DNA of 63,691 nucleotides, counting the filler, from Folioceros fuciformis (Eukaryota): assembly GCA_049999805.1 (NCBI GenBank). It is 11 parts of 11 records of this genome, joined end to end, with 100 filler letters (N's around TTAATTAATTAA, not from the genome) between each part and the next. Parts side by side here need not be neighbours in the genome. Positions count along the whole stretch, not along the records: positions 46,342 to 52,839 come from JBNGIO010001279.1; positions 52,940 to 57,053 come from JBNGIO010001280.1; positions 57,154 to 59,675 come from JBNGIO010001282.1; positions 59,776 to 61,285 come from JBNGIO010001284.1; positions 61,386 to 63,691 come from JBNGIO010001298.1; 6 more parts are not named here. The stretch is one strand, 5' to 3'. Position numbers and translations under genes: made by a program. How positions within the stretch are numbered: the stretch's first letter is position 1; every line of letters starts with the position of its first letter. A model generated the notes under the pieces. It saw nothing but the letters and a program-made list of their open reading frames with translations. It was not told the DNA's origin and made no database searches. Shown here one piece after another: positions 51,814 to 63,691 of this stretch.

Positions 51814-52498
51814 GTATGGTATTCATATGCCTAGAACATAATCAGTGCCTAGTCAAGCACTGCCCCATGTTGCAACTTCCATAGCAAATGTAAAAATTCA
51901 CTGGCAACAAATCAAGTCTAACACTATCTTTAGAAATAGCCGCCACTTTAGATCTAGTATCGTCTCAATCTATTTGCGATCCCAATCTCATGATAAGCCT
52001 ATGCATCCAAGAATTGGAGAGTAGTTTAAGGCATGCCAACAAGTGATGTAGGTAAGCATATAATGCTATGAGCACTAAAAGAAGTTCTCTAGCGAGAAAT
52101 GGAATATCCAAAAGTTGCACTTGATTTGCTGAAATAGAAATGGAATATCCAAAATATTAAATAGCCAAAAATATTACAAAGTTTCAACTTCTAAATTGAG
52201 TGATGGAAAAAAAAGGTACGTATAAGTGCACCAACCAGCACATAGCACGTTGGGTACTTGTTTGTAATTTTTCTAGAATGACTATAGAATGCAAATATAA
52301 AAAATTAAAATTATGTTTTACAATGTATTCAGGCGAAGATGAAAGGTGGATTAAGAGCTGGATGGATTTTTTTAGCATAAGTACTTCTGGCATGGATTAT
52401 CATTATGTTTCGAGCACTGTTTCTAAATTCTTTACACATGGGCCTGGGGAATGGTCCCTTGTTCACAGAGGGGTTGGGGAGCGTCTTTGTTAAAAAAA

Positions 52499-52839
52499 AA
52501 TTGGCTTCTTGCTAGAACAATCTAAAGCAGACATTCACTGCTTTGGGGAAGGCCTTGGAGCGAACAAGGGAAGGCCCCAGAGCGGACAACCATCAATTGG
52601 GGAAGGCCTCGGAGTCGATGTCGCTGTGGTATGCCGTACCGAAGCTTAGGGAGAAGTGAACTCATTTTAATCCTTCCAGGGACCGTAGATTTGGGTAGAC
52701 TGATACTTATAAAAGCAGGATCAAATCGGTGAAGGCAAGGCCAATTTCAAAAGCAAACGGGTTGTTCCTTCTAGCTCTACCTCTGCAGGTAGAGAGATTG
52801 CAAGTCGCCAATCTTTGCTGACCAAGTTTCCCAGCCCTC
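52499..52839. repeat. Right arm of long inverted repeat
   Basis: Reverse complement of 46342-46699, apart from small indels. Confidence 0.96.
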
Positions 52840-52939
52840 NNNNNNNNNNNNNNNNNNNNNNNNNNNNNNNNNNNNNNNNNNNNTTAATTAATTAANNNNN
52901 NNNNNNNNNNNNNNNNNNNNNNNNNNNNNNNNNNNNNNN

Positions 52940-54142
52940 AACTGCAGTTTTCTCGCCTTCGTGTTAGTCTCATAGAGTTTTACCAACTCATCCCATGCTT
53001 CTTTGGGCGACTCTGCATCCTGTATGTGCCCAATCATGGTGTCATGAATGCTGATTGACAACCAATACATGACCTTCCGAGATCCTTGACTCCAATCCTT
53101 CAGCGCCTTAATCTGCTCCGCTGTTGCATTTCGTTCAAGTACTACAGGGGGTTTTTCATGCTCCCCCTCAATGTAGTCCCAATAACCCTTTCCCATAAGA
53201 AAGTTTGTAAAACGAAATTTCCAGGCATGGAAGATGTTTTTGTCCAGCTTCTCCTGTACGATCTGGTTAATACTGTCACTGGCCATTCTTGCCACCACTC
53301 AAGGTTGACACTCAATCCTTTCTTGAGTACTCACACCTGATAAATGTCTGAAAGAACCAGACTGCTTCTGACTGGAGTTTTACTCACAAGACCTTAAGTC
53401 TCTTCTTCCTAAGAGCAATCTGGTGCGGAATCACGCTGCCTTGCGTGAACCAGATTGTCTCATGCTCCGTGTCCTTACAGACTCTTGACTGTCTGCCCAC
53501 AAAGCTCCCGTGAGATTTCCTGTCAATTCCTTCCCTGCTGCCAAGCTAGGGTTAGCACACTTTCTTGCAGCTGCTGAGGCTATTGCAGCTGTTGCCTCCA
53601 CTTGTCAGCCCTTCCACAGAGCTCTGGGGATCAACAGCTAGTCCAGTAAGCTGACAGGGCCTTGTCGCCCTTCTCCTCACTTCCTGCACACACCGATATG
53701 AGAGTTAGCTGCCGGGACGCTTGCTGCCGATCTCCCCCCAAGCTGCTCCAACTTCTCGTAGCTGCTCTAGCTTCTGGTGTGCACTCTTGCTGCCTCTTGC
53801 AGCACCTCCTACGCCGATCTTGCACCGCCTGCACCGGGCTCTGATACCATGTCAATAGGATCGACTCCAGTCTACGTGCAAGTGTAGGAGAGGAGAGGAG
53901 AGAAGAGAGGGTGGTATTGGTGATCACAACCATGAAAACAATACACATCACCACTGTCTTACTATGGAGATCCGAGGTCTCCATTTAAGTAGTACATTTA
54001 GGGCTACACAACTTCCAGGTTCAATATGGGATAATCTACACTATCCTAAGTTCACTAATAACTAGAACTAGTCTAGTATGAACCCAACTGGGATAACTAA
54101 CACCACATGAGTTTAGCTCATATAGAGCTCGATAACTCAACA
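52940..54142 (-). mobile_element. Ty1/copia element 5' end: LTR (54142-53850), PBS, leader, intact gag start (53286)
   Basis: LTR TGTTGA...TTGACA is followed immediately by TGGTATCAGAGC. The gag ORF reads KLDKNIFHAWKFR..KGYWDYIEG..HIQDAESPKEAWDEL and is open to the gap. Confidence 0.92.
53838..53849 (-). promoter_or_regulatory. Primer-binding site complementary to tRNA-iMet
   Basis: TGGTATCAGAGC on the minus strand, adjacent to the LTR end. Confidence 0.92.
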
Positions 54143-56240
54143 ATAGTACTATAGCAAAGGCTTATAAACTCATAGATCCTTCAACTGTACACCCTGTTAT
54201 TGCAAGAAGTGTTACCTTCTTGGAAATCCTGACTCCACCACTTCCTGGTCCATCAGATGTCATGCAAGAAGTAACCTCTTTAGATCCTTTAACTGTTTTA
54301 GAGGACTTTGTGTTTTACCCTCTAGATGTTGATGGTGATTCCTTTGTTTTTACTAGTGATGTCCGCATTATTGGAGTAGATTTAGATCATGCCATGTCTC
54401 CATCACTTTCGTTTGTTCCAACTACTAGTGATGAATCAATTTTTGTGGATATTCCACTTATGGATGACGTACCTGAACTTCTTGATGTCGATGTAATTTT
54501 TTATATTGATTTTATCCCAGATCTTGAGCCCAAACCTGTATCTCCTACTTTTGTGCCTGTCCTTGAACCTCCCCCTGATCCTATAGCTCTTATCCCACCT
54601 GTACGCTATTCAAAACGAATTAGAAACCCTCCTGCTAGGTTTCAGGACTATGTGGAGTCGATAGATTTTCTAAGGTCAATGGGAGTCAACATACTTGCAA
54701 CCATACCTCCTCTTTCCCTTCTTAAAATTCCACCAAAACCTGTTACATTGCAAGAGGCGTTTTCAAGTCCACACAAGGTTAAATGGAAAGCTACATTGGA
54801 TGATGAGTACAACAGTTTGATTTAGAATTATACCTAGACTTTGGTTCCATGCATTGCAGGTCGATGCCCTATAACCTGTAAATGGGTCTTTAAGCATAAG
54901 TTAAATGCATAGGGAGATATTGCACAATACAAGCCTCATTTATGTGCTCGTGGTTTTACCCAAGTACTCGGTCTCGATTTTCAGGAGACATTTTCTCCTA
55001 TTGTTTGTTCTCAATCCATTCGTTTTATGCTTACATTGGCTGCCGAATAGGTTCTTGAGCTTCAGTAGATGGATGTGAAAATGTCCTTTCATCATGGAGT
55101 TCTTAAAGAGGAATTGTATATGGAACAGTCTGAAGGCTATAAGGACCCTGCACATCCAGATTGGGTTTGTAAATTGGTTAAATGTGTCTATGGTTTGCGC
55201 CAGAGTGTAGAAAGATGGAATGCCCGCCTTAATTCCTGTTTGAAGGGGCTTGGTCTTTGCCAAAGTCCTGCTGACCCTTCTGTGTACATTTATGAGGATG
55301 GATCTTCCTTTGTGTTGTTGGTAGTCTATGTTGATGATGTCATCTTTGCTGCTAATGACACAAAGCTGTTAGCTAGAATTCAGGCGATGTTACGTACCAA
55401 GTTTGAGATGACTGATACTAGGGAGTTGAAATTCTGTTTGAGAATTTAGATTCCGTGAGTCCATGACCAAGGCATGGTTATCATTCATCAACATAAATGT
55501 ACTGCAGAAATTTTGCAACGTTTCAATATAGCCAAGGCTCATTCACCACATGCTCTTGGTGCAGTTGGTCAGAAGCTTACCAAAGAAGATAGCCCGTCCA
55601 CTACTCATGATGCTAAAGATATGAAAGATATGCCCTATCGCCATGCTGTGGGTAGTCTCTTGTTTGTGAGTAACTGGATGAGGTCTTATATCAATTATGC
55701 AATTAATACTGCTTCACAATTTTTGGATTGTTCAGGACACTCATTGATCTGTCGTTAAAAGGGTCTTTCGTTACTTGAAGGGTACACACTTCTTTGGACT
55801 CTGCTACAAAAGGTTAGGACAGATCCCAATCTTAAATGGATATGCAAACTCTAACTGGGCATCTGATGGAGATTCGCACAAGAGCCTTTCCACTTCTGTC
55901 TTCTGTCTTTCTAGTGATGCTGTTACTTGGAGCTACGAGAAACAAACCAGCATAGCCCTGTCCACCACTGAAGCGGAGTATAAATGTTTGACGGATGCTG
56001 CAAAGGAAATTGAATGGGAAAGAGCATTTTTGGCTTCTATTCATGTTGAACAGCCTACACCTACCATTTTGTTTTGTGATAACTAATCTGACCTTGCCCT
56101 TGTCGAGCATCCACGCCTGCACCAAACACATTGAAATTCAACATAATTATGTTAGGGATATCACAACCAGAAACTTAGTCAAGCCTACTTACATTCATAC
56201 CAATGCCAATGTTGTTGACATTCTTACCAAATTTCTATTT
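54143..56240 (+). mobile_element. Older Ty1/copia pol remnant (post-integrase linker, RT, RNaseH)
   Basis: WKATLDDEYNSL, CKWVF, MDVKMSF, LVKCVYGLRQS, VYVDDVI, PYRHAVGSL, GYANSNWA, ALSTTEAEY, CDN and TKHIEI; many stops. Confidence 0.92.
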
Positions 56241-56579
56241 TAACAGCAAAATCATCTACATGTTCAGGGCTTAGGTCTGGTAGACTATTCTCCTTATTTC
56301 TAGTCTGCCCTGCCTACGTTCATAAGATTTCCTCTCCCTGTCTATACGCACTTTCCTCTCTACCCATCACCAGTCAATCTTTAAATCTCCTGTTTGTGTT
56401 TAGTGGAAGCGGCACACATATGTCAGCACTGAGTGGATGAAGCTTTCACGTTTATTCAACCGTGAGTTGCTACATCAAGGGAAATCAAAAACATCACATT
56501 CACGCAAACTGAACGAAGGGTTTTGCTAGTTTGCTTTACTTCCGAAACATCGTCTCCTTCAGTCACTCTCGTTACTCTA

Positions 56580-57053
56580 TGTGAACCTCCAAAGTTTGGG
56601 GTAGTAGTTTGTTTTGGTTGAAAAAGGGTTAATAGTGGCATGGTTTGGTTTTCTTTTTCTACTTCTTTTTCCTAATTTTTCTTTATTTTTTTGGTTATTT
56701 TTCCTTTTTTTTCTTTGTGCTAATTAGGTTAATTGACTAGGAAATAGTTGGTTTGGTTATTAAAGTGGGTACAGGTCTGGTTCCAGACCTGGGAAAGTTT
56801 AGGTCCGGTACCAGGCCATAGGGTTATTAAAGTCCAATGTGCTTAGACTAATGTGATTAGTCTAATTAGACTAATGTGATTAGTCTAATTAAACTAATGT
56901 GATTAGTTTAATTAGACTAATGTAACTAGTCTAAGATTAGTGCTTAATTAAGTATCATTAGTTTAGATTAGCTTAAGCTAATTTTTAGGAAGCTTCCTGC
57001 ATAGCTTTGTGGGGTTAAAATATGGTACCCGGGGGTACCGCGAGGTCCACACA
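56580..57053 (+). mobile_element. LTR start (TGTGAACCTCCAAAGTTTGGGG family) with internal 22-bp TTAGACTAATGTGATTAGTCTA repeats
   Basis: TG start; homologous copies at 60220-60462(-) and 37930-38036(-) share the same boundary or segments. Confidence 0.8.
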
Positions 57054-57262
57054 NNNNNNNNNNNNNNNNNNNNNNNNNNNNNNNNNNNNNNNNNNNNTTA
57101 ATTAATTAANNNNNNNNNNNNNNNNNNNNNNNNNNNNNNNNNNNNNNNNNNNNAGTACCGTTCTGCCGATAGGATATATACAAGCATGCAATAAAATAAC
57201 TATTATCCTTAACTCTTGATAAGCTTGTGTTAGAACTATGTTTGGAAGATATCTGAAGTTCA

Positions 57263-58420
57263 TGTGTCCCCCAAAGTTTGTTAAAGGTTAGTATGTCATC
57301 ATTTCTTTAGTATCTAAAAACAATATATCGTACATGGAAAAACAAGATGGGAAACCTAAAATAGGTGAGAAAAACCACCAAAGGTGATGAGACCATTGAG
57401 GGCTAGGGGTTTGGGTCTTGATGGGAAACTTGACAAAGGTGAGAAAAACCACCAAAGGTGATGAGACCACCAAGGACTAGGCCCTGAAGCCATTAAGCCT
57501 AAAAGCTCCCAATAGCACCTAATATATCATGGTGAAGAAGGAGGAAGGGTCTTCTTACCACTGGAGTGATGAAAACCAAGGGTCTGTCTACCATTGGAGT
57601 ACACCACCTCTCTTGCCATTGTCATCATCCTATATATGGCATTAGTGTTGAACGGCTCTCTTTAAAGAGCTATACATGGCATTAGCCTGAATGGCTCTCT
57701 TTGAAGAGCTACACAAGGCATTAGCCTAAATGGCTCTCTTTAAAGAGCTATACGTGGCATTAGCTGAATGGCTCTCTTTGGAGAGCTACATATGGCATTA
57801 GCTGAATGGCTCTCTTTGAAGCAAGGAAGTCCAACCTCCTTCATTACTGAAAACACGATATCTTGTGCCACATTGTACATAGCAATGTGTTATTCCCCAA
57901 CGGGATAATGAGTAGAATAAGTGTGGCTACAAGAAGAGAGATAACCTACCCTAGGACTTAAGAAAAGAGAGAAGGAAAATTTGGGGTCTCAAGAGGAGAG
58001 AAGACAATGAGTATGACTACAAGAAGAGAGAGAAAAAAATGAGTATGACTACAAGAAGAGAGAGCAGGCCCTATGGCTCAAGAAGAGAGAGATCAGGCCC
58101 TATAGTTCCAGAAGAGAGAGAGCAGGCCCTATGGCTCAAGAAGAGAGAGAGAGCAAGCCCTATGGCTCAAGAGGAGAGAGACCGGGCCCATGGCTGCAAG
58201 AGGAGAGAAATCAAACCTCATAAACCTCATATATAAATATTTTAATGTGGATGTATGATACGCATTCTAGGGTTTTGAGGTACCAAGACTACTCTAAAAT
58301 TTCTAGGGTAGAAGACTACTCTAAAGCAAACTGTAGGGTAAGAAAACTACTATACAGCAATTTCTAGGGGAAGAAGACTACTCTAAAACAATTTCTAGGG
58401 TGACGATACTGCTCTAAAGC
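57263..58420. repeat. LTR-like block with three minisatellites (~39 bp x5 at 57631-57821; ~26-30 bp AG-rich at 57925-58210; ~31 bp x5 at 58285-58418)
   Basis: Starts TGTGTCCCCCAAAGTTTG, similar to the 56580 LTR start. Units are TGGCATTAGCCTGAATGGCTCTCTTTRAAGAGC, GGCTCAAGAAGAGAGAG and AAGACTACTCTAAA..TTTCTAGGG. Confidence 0.8.
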
Positions 58421-59899
58421 CAATAAGCAACGTGCCCCTAATATTTGAGATATCCGGGGAGAGGTTCTCTCTTGCAACTCTCAGGAACTGCGAGCGGCGG
58501 CCGAGAGAGACGGAACTGCTAGTCTCAGAGGGGACTAGCATGAGGGTTCTTCCGCGTCTCCGCAAAGGCCGGTCTCAAGAGGATCGCAGGGTCCGGGTCC
58601 AGACGAACTCCATCTGCCTTGGCGGGGTTCAACCAATACCTCAGTGTGCACACGAATTCTTCCTGAAGAGCCTCCCAGGGCCGGCACGGAAACAACAAAG
58701 ACAAAGCTGACTTCCTAGTAACCAAAACAGCCAGCTCGGAAGAAGAACAACGCCCAAGCATATCATCTCCTGGTCCTGCACAAACTCCTCCAAGGGGAGC
58801 CGATAGTCACGACGGGCGTCGTCATGACCTCGCCGAAAAGGACAACATCGAGGGAAATGAGCATCATAAAACAAGGTCTATCCTGCTTCATGAACAACCA
58901 GTAACCCGCAAAGCTAACACATGAATGTCTCAGTCGTGAATGAACTTTCTACAAAACGTGGCGAGTGTCACGGCGTGCTGCAACTCATGGACAATTCTGC
59001 TAGCTAGACAAGCTGGGCGAAGGGAAGACATGAATGAGGAATCTGCGACGGCATGCTCCTGGCCACCTCGCTATGTTGCAATCGCCAGGTGATGGTGGAG
59101 CGAGAATGCAGGCACCTGCAGCAGAAGGTGGAGAGGGGATGCAGCCAGAAGTTGCAGAAACCGTTGCGTGCAGCAAGAGACAAAACAGCCCTGAACAAGG
59201 AGCAGACGAGGGCCAGAAGTGACACCAGAACAATACATGCTTCCTCCGATAACTCAAACGATCGTAATCTCCTGAATTCAAACGATACGTCAGAATTCCA
59301 TTGTTTGTGCCTTCAGGACTATATACTCATAGTTACACAATTCCCATCTGCAGTCACGCTGATGGTGAGCAGGAACTTGCTCTCAGTCTGCAGTGCGCAG
59401 TCCTTGGCTCCAGCGAGTCCCTGCAATACGCGAGTTCAAGTCCGGACTTGATCCTACTCCCCAAAGACCAAATCCCGGCCCCGTAACCCGAGCGCTCTCT
59501 CTTGCGATTTGTTACCTAACCCTCCGTTGCCACCTTGGTCGGATCCGGGAGCACACCGGAGAAGCATTGCGTTTTTATCTTCCTTTGCAAGACATCTGCT
59601 CCTCGCCTTGAGTGCCTGCAACCCGGCAGGCAGGGAGCAGATGTCTTACAAACCAAGACAAACACAAGTGAATATNNNNNNNNNNNNNNNNNNNNNNNNN
59701 NNNNNNNNNNNNNNNNNNNTTAATTAATTAANNNNNNNNNNNNNNNNNNNNNNNNNNNNNNNNNNNNNNNNNNNNGACCCAACAGCTCATGAGAAGCCTG
59801 GCTGGACCTGCATCAATCCGTTGTGATCTCCAACACTTGGTGTCGATAGCCTAGCCAGCATCCCTACCTGCAACTTGGATCCAATGGAAGAAACAAGGA

Positions 59900-60462
59900 G
59901 GGTAGATTGAGAAGGAAGGGAGGAAGAAGAGAAAGGGGGCAAGAAGGGAATGGAGGAGGAAGGGAGAAAGGGAGAAAAGGGGATGGGGGCGGCTGCAACC
60001 CCTGCCTCTAGCTCTAGCTAGGGCATGGCCTCCACAACCGTTCATGCCAGCCAAGCAATCAGCCAGCCTATCGTCAGACCTTGACCCCTGACACTGACAT
60101 ACCCAAATACCCGTTCCTATGTTCAAACCATTATTATATTATTATATTATTATTATATTATTATATTGTTATTTAATTATTTAATATTATATCTTTAAAT
60201 AATATTAAACTAATCACCCAACCCTATGGCCCGGTACCGAACCTAAACCTTCCCAGGTCTGGGACCAAACCTATACCCACTCTTATAACCAAACCAACTA
60301 TTTCCTGGTCAATTAACTTAATTAGCACAAAGAAGAATAGGAAAAATGACCAGAAAATCAAGGAAAATTAGGAAAAATAAGTTGAAAAAGAAAACCAAAC
60401 CATACCACTATTAACCCTTTTTCAACCAAACAAACTACTACCCCAAACTTTGGAGGTTCACA
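59900..60462 (-). mobile_element. LTR copy (same family as 56580) inserted next to a LINE remnant
   Basis: 60220-60462 is the reverse-complement homolog of 56580-56826 and ends GGAGGTTCACA. Confidence 0.8.
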
Positions 60463-60469
60463 TATGCTA

Positions 60470-61285
60470 ACAATGAGGCGACTAGGTATCTGCGGAGGCA
60501 GGGGGTTCAACGAGCAAGAGAACAATGTCAGCAAGAATGTTTTCTGAGGGAGGAATTGGACTGGTTACAAAGGAGCTGCGAGGGCTGGGACTTCATAAGT
60601 GCGGACGAGGCCCGGAAAAAGGAGGTGTAGTGCGCCTTGGCCAAGCTGGAAGAAGACAGGGCCAGAGGCTGGTTTAAGCGGGCCAAGCTTAAGTGGGTGA
60701 GGGAGGGGGATGGCCCCTCTACATTCTTCTTTGACAAGGTGGCCGCTAACCGGCATAGGACGTGAATCCCTGCCCTCCCAGACGCGCATGGCGTGGTGCA
60801 AGAGTCGCTTGAAGGTTTAAAAGCCCTTCTTACCCTCTTCTTTGTTGGCATTTTCTCTAGTGTTGGGAAGATGGCAGGGTGGGAACGGCTTTGGTCTTCG
60901 TCATATGGTGCGTTTTCGGCTAAAGTGTCCGAAGACCAATGCAGGGCTCTAGATTAGCCGATAACTGCTGATGAGGTGTTTCGGGCCCTGAAGGGGATGC
61001 CGAGGGATAAATCCCCAGGGCATGATGGTATTCCCCGCTATTCATGGAGGCGATTAATATGTTTTGGGAGGAGGGTAGCATGAGGAGTTGGTTCAATATG
61101 GGGGTTATCTCCCTACTTCCTAAGCAAGACGCCAGTTTATCAATCTCCAATTGGCGCCCGATTACCTTGCTCACTACCACATACAAGGTGATTGCTAAGG
61201 TACTGGCTAACCGAATTACTCCATTTCTTGATGATTGTATTGAGAAAGAACAGCGAGGGTTCATTCAAAATAGGTGCATCCTGGA
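60470..61285 (+). mobile_element. L1-type LINE ORF2 remnant
   Basis: RAKLKWVREGDGPSTFFF, KSPGHDG, ISLLPK..NWRPITLLTTTYKVIAKVLANR and EQRGFI; stops and frameshifts. Confidence 0.92.
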
Positions 61286-61956
61286 NNNNNNNNNNNNNNN
61301 NNNNNNNNNNNNNNNNNNNNNNNNNNNNNTTAATTAATTAANNNNNNNNNNNNNNNNNNNNNNNNNNNNNNNNNNNNNNNNNNNNGCCATCATGATCGAA
61401 GAGCCGGAAGCCTATGCTTCCTCAACAAGTGACTCTGACGACGATTAACCTAGAAAAAAAACAAAAACCAAGATCCTTCCAATCCTTGCCTGGGCTCATG
61501 TACAACATCGACGCCCGACAGAACTGCGATCACTTTATGTAAGATCTAAAGCTTTCCACAATCGCGTACAAAAACCACCTTTATTGCGGAGCTAAAAGGG
61601 TGGGATAGATTAAACGTGAATACATTGGAATAAATTTAGGTCTGTGTGCCTTTTTTAACTTTTCCATGTGATGGATATAAAGAAAAGACGAATTAAAAAG
61701 AAATTAAGAGAGAGATGATCAGCAAGCTTTTGTACTAGGTTTAGTTTTGGATATAGTAAAGAAGAAGAAAAAGAATGTACTATCAGTGTAACAATGTAGG
61801 ATTTTGTTTCCCATGTTCAGAAATTGAAGAATGATTGTCTACATCAATTCATTCAATGGTGAAACACCACAATGACATGTGAAATGAAATCGTAGTTCAT
61901 GTTGTATATGTTTAAAAGATTTGCACAGCGAGAAAGCATTCATAAATTCATTAGAA

Positions 61957-63443
61957 ATGGCTACAAAGGGTGGTTCTGGAGTTGCTTTGGACAAAGCCTT
62001 GCCGGCAACTAGGCTATTGGAGAAAAGGAGACTCATGTTTCAAATTCAAGAGGCTTTAGAAGCACAAAAAGTTGAATTTGCAACGTAAGAACGTACTATT
62101 AAGTTTATGCAGTTTGGGTAAGGTGCATCAACTCTTGCAGTTGTTTGCTTATGTTTGTACCATTGGGTTGCTGATGATGAACAGCAAAGAAGAGATACTT
62201 AGGAAACGCGAAGAATCTCTGAGGTTAAAAGACCTTGAGCTACAAGAGTCTTTAATTGGCTTCTCAAAATTTCTACAAGTGAGTCACCACCCACCTCATG
62301 AGAATGAAGATGGATGATTTGCATCAAAGTTCTATTAAACAGAGAACATTTTGTTTCAGAGAACGTTTTGTTTCTTTCTCTCTTTGTTCTTGTAGGAGAA
62401 TGGAATAAAGAAAGCAAGGGCAGAAAAGAAAGCTGCAGATGAGATGAGAATTCGGATTGAGAAGGTCAATGTTCAATGCTGTGAACTTCATGATAATCAA
62501 ACAGTCCTTGTTTATGATCATTGAAGTCAAGTTAAATGCGTGTACTAATTCCAGTATGCATTCTATGAAGGAAGCAGAAATTCGGCAATTAGAAGAAACT
62601 CATGCTGGAACCCAAAGCAAGAAGACTAGCATTACTAAGGAGTTAGTACGGATTTTGCCTTATAATAAATATTTGGAAACTGTGGTGGACTATGGTGGTC
62701 AATATCATGAAATAAATGATCTACTTGTAAGGTACCATTTTCTAACTTCATGACCATTGAAAGATAGTCAGAAGTCTATAATGGATTGACAGCATGCATT
62801 GGGGAATGAGAAACTTTTTGTGGGTTCCACAGATATCAAACTTTAGCTGCTACAAACAAAGACTTGAAAACCCACATTGAGGATTGTGGTATCATGATAG
62901 AAAAGATAAGAGCTGACATGCAAAACTACATCAAGACTAGCAACAACCAAATGCTCTCATTGAATAACGATATCAGTATAACCAAACAAATGTATCAAAA
63001 GAAAAGGCGAGAAACATCTGACATTCAGTTGCTCATGGACTCTGTTCTACACCTAGCTGCTCAAAGAACATTGGCTCGTAGTCAGGTATATGAAAGACCT
63101 CAATTAGAGGGAACCACTCTATAAGGTCTTTGACTATGGAAAGAGAATCTTAGCTACCTTATGTTTGTTTGTGTTTACTCATAGATTGTTGTTACAGGTA
63201 TGTTTGGCAGCAGAGTACCTTTTCAATCGAATATGCTTAAACTCTAGCGTGAAACACTATCCTCATACAAATCCACTTAATCAATTATCAGCAGCAGCTG
63301 ACTACATATCTGATCTCATTTTTACAATCCGACTCCATAAAGGTACACCAAACAGGAAGGAGATGTTGTTGTTTGGCCGATTCGGGCAAAAGAACAAATT
63401 TCCAAAAGGCAGTGGCAAGCCTAAACGGAAAGTTCCATCCTGA
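61957..63443 (+). CDS. CFAP73: CFAP73/CCDC42-family flagellar coiled-coil protein (DUF4200), 6 exons
   Basis: PATRLLEKRRLMFQIQEALEAQK, REESLRLKDLELQESLIGFSKFLQ/EN..KARAEKKAADE, YNKYLETVV..EINDLL/RYQTLAATN, LNNDI and QVCLAAEYLF. Confidence 0.85.
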
Positions 63444-63691
63444 AAGGATTATCCATAACAGGATTGTTCATGTTCTTATATCCCTCTTTTATATTATAAA
63501 TAAAATAATTATTTATAAGTTTAATTAGTTGTAAATAATTATATACGCTCTGGCATCTATAATGACCAGGTACTTTGTTTGTCTCATATCAATATATACC
63601 AACCAATACACACACGTTATCTAATCCAAGGCTGGCTCATAAAAGACAGTAGAGAAAGACATTCCGTCATTCTATAACTTTAAAATATTAA

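Noticed and set aside
57631..58418. Regularly spaced ~30-39 bp repeats (also 9792-9946 and 34955-35064) as CRISPR arrays
   Set aside because: The units are head-to-tail without unique spacers, there are no cas genes, and the context is eukaryotic.
58432..59675. Cluster of 60-130 aa ORFs as a gene
   Set aside because: No consistent frame, splice pattern or known motif could be found.
6485..61385. Recurrent TTAATTAATTAA palindrome as a biological repeat or array
   Set aside because: It is always centred in exactly 88 Ns; this is an artificial six-frame-stop contig linker.
1..63691. tRNA, rRNA, snRNA or TPP riboswitch genes
   Set aside because: No convincing conserved motifs were seen by eye; a tRNAscan-SE/Infernal run would be needed to exclude them formally.

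Overview
Eukaryotic nuclear DNA made of 11 contig pieces joined by ten artificial 100-nt linkers (44 N + TTAATTAATTAA + 44 N). The gene set (starch synthase II, NPG/TTC7-like, pectin methyltransferase-like, intron-containing MurA, delta-tubulin, CFAP73/CCDC42-like) and the short introns suggest a non-seed land plant with flagellated sperm and plastid peptidoglycan (bryophyte- or lycophyte-like; inference). Positions 1-35.9 kb are gene-dense: RABF2/Rab5, SSII, NPP phosphodiesterase, SGNH-like fragment, NPG-like, delta-tubulin, Notchless, PMT-like, MurA, LSMT-like SET protein, UNC-93-like MFS transporter and a Gnk2/DUF26-like secreted protein. Positions 36-61.3 kb are almost entirely decayed mobile DNA: Ty3/gypsy, nested Ty1/copia, L1-type LINE, CRE-like RLE retrotransposon fragments, LTR pieces and minisatellites. 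The window ends with CFAP73. I cannot demonstrate a new biological system from sequence alone. The best leads are a 6.5-kb contig bounded by long inverted arms with scrambled internal repeats, a CRE-like restriction-endonuclease retrotransposon family, a dispersed exon+intron copy of SSII, a UNC-93 protein with a Cys/His-rich N-terminal extension, and a bistable hairpin. All assignments come from motif recognition by eye, exon boundaries are approximate, and no searches were run.
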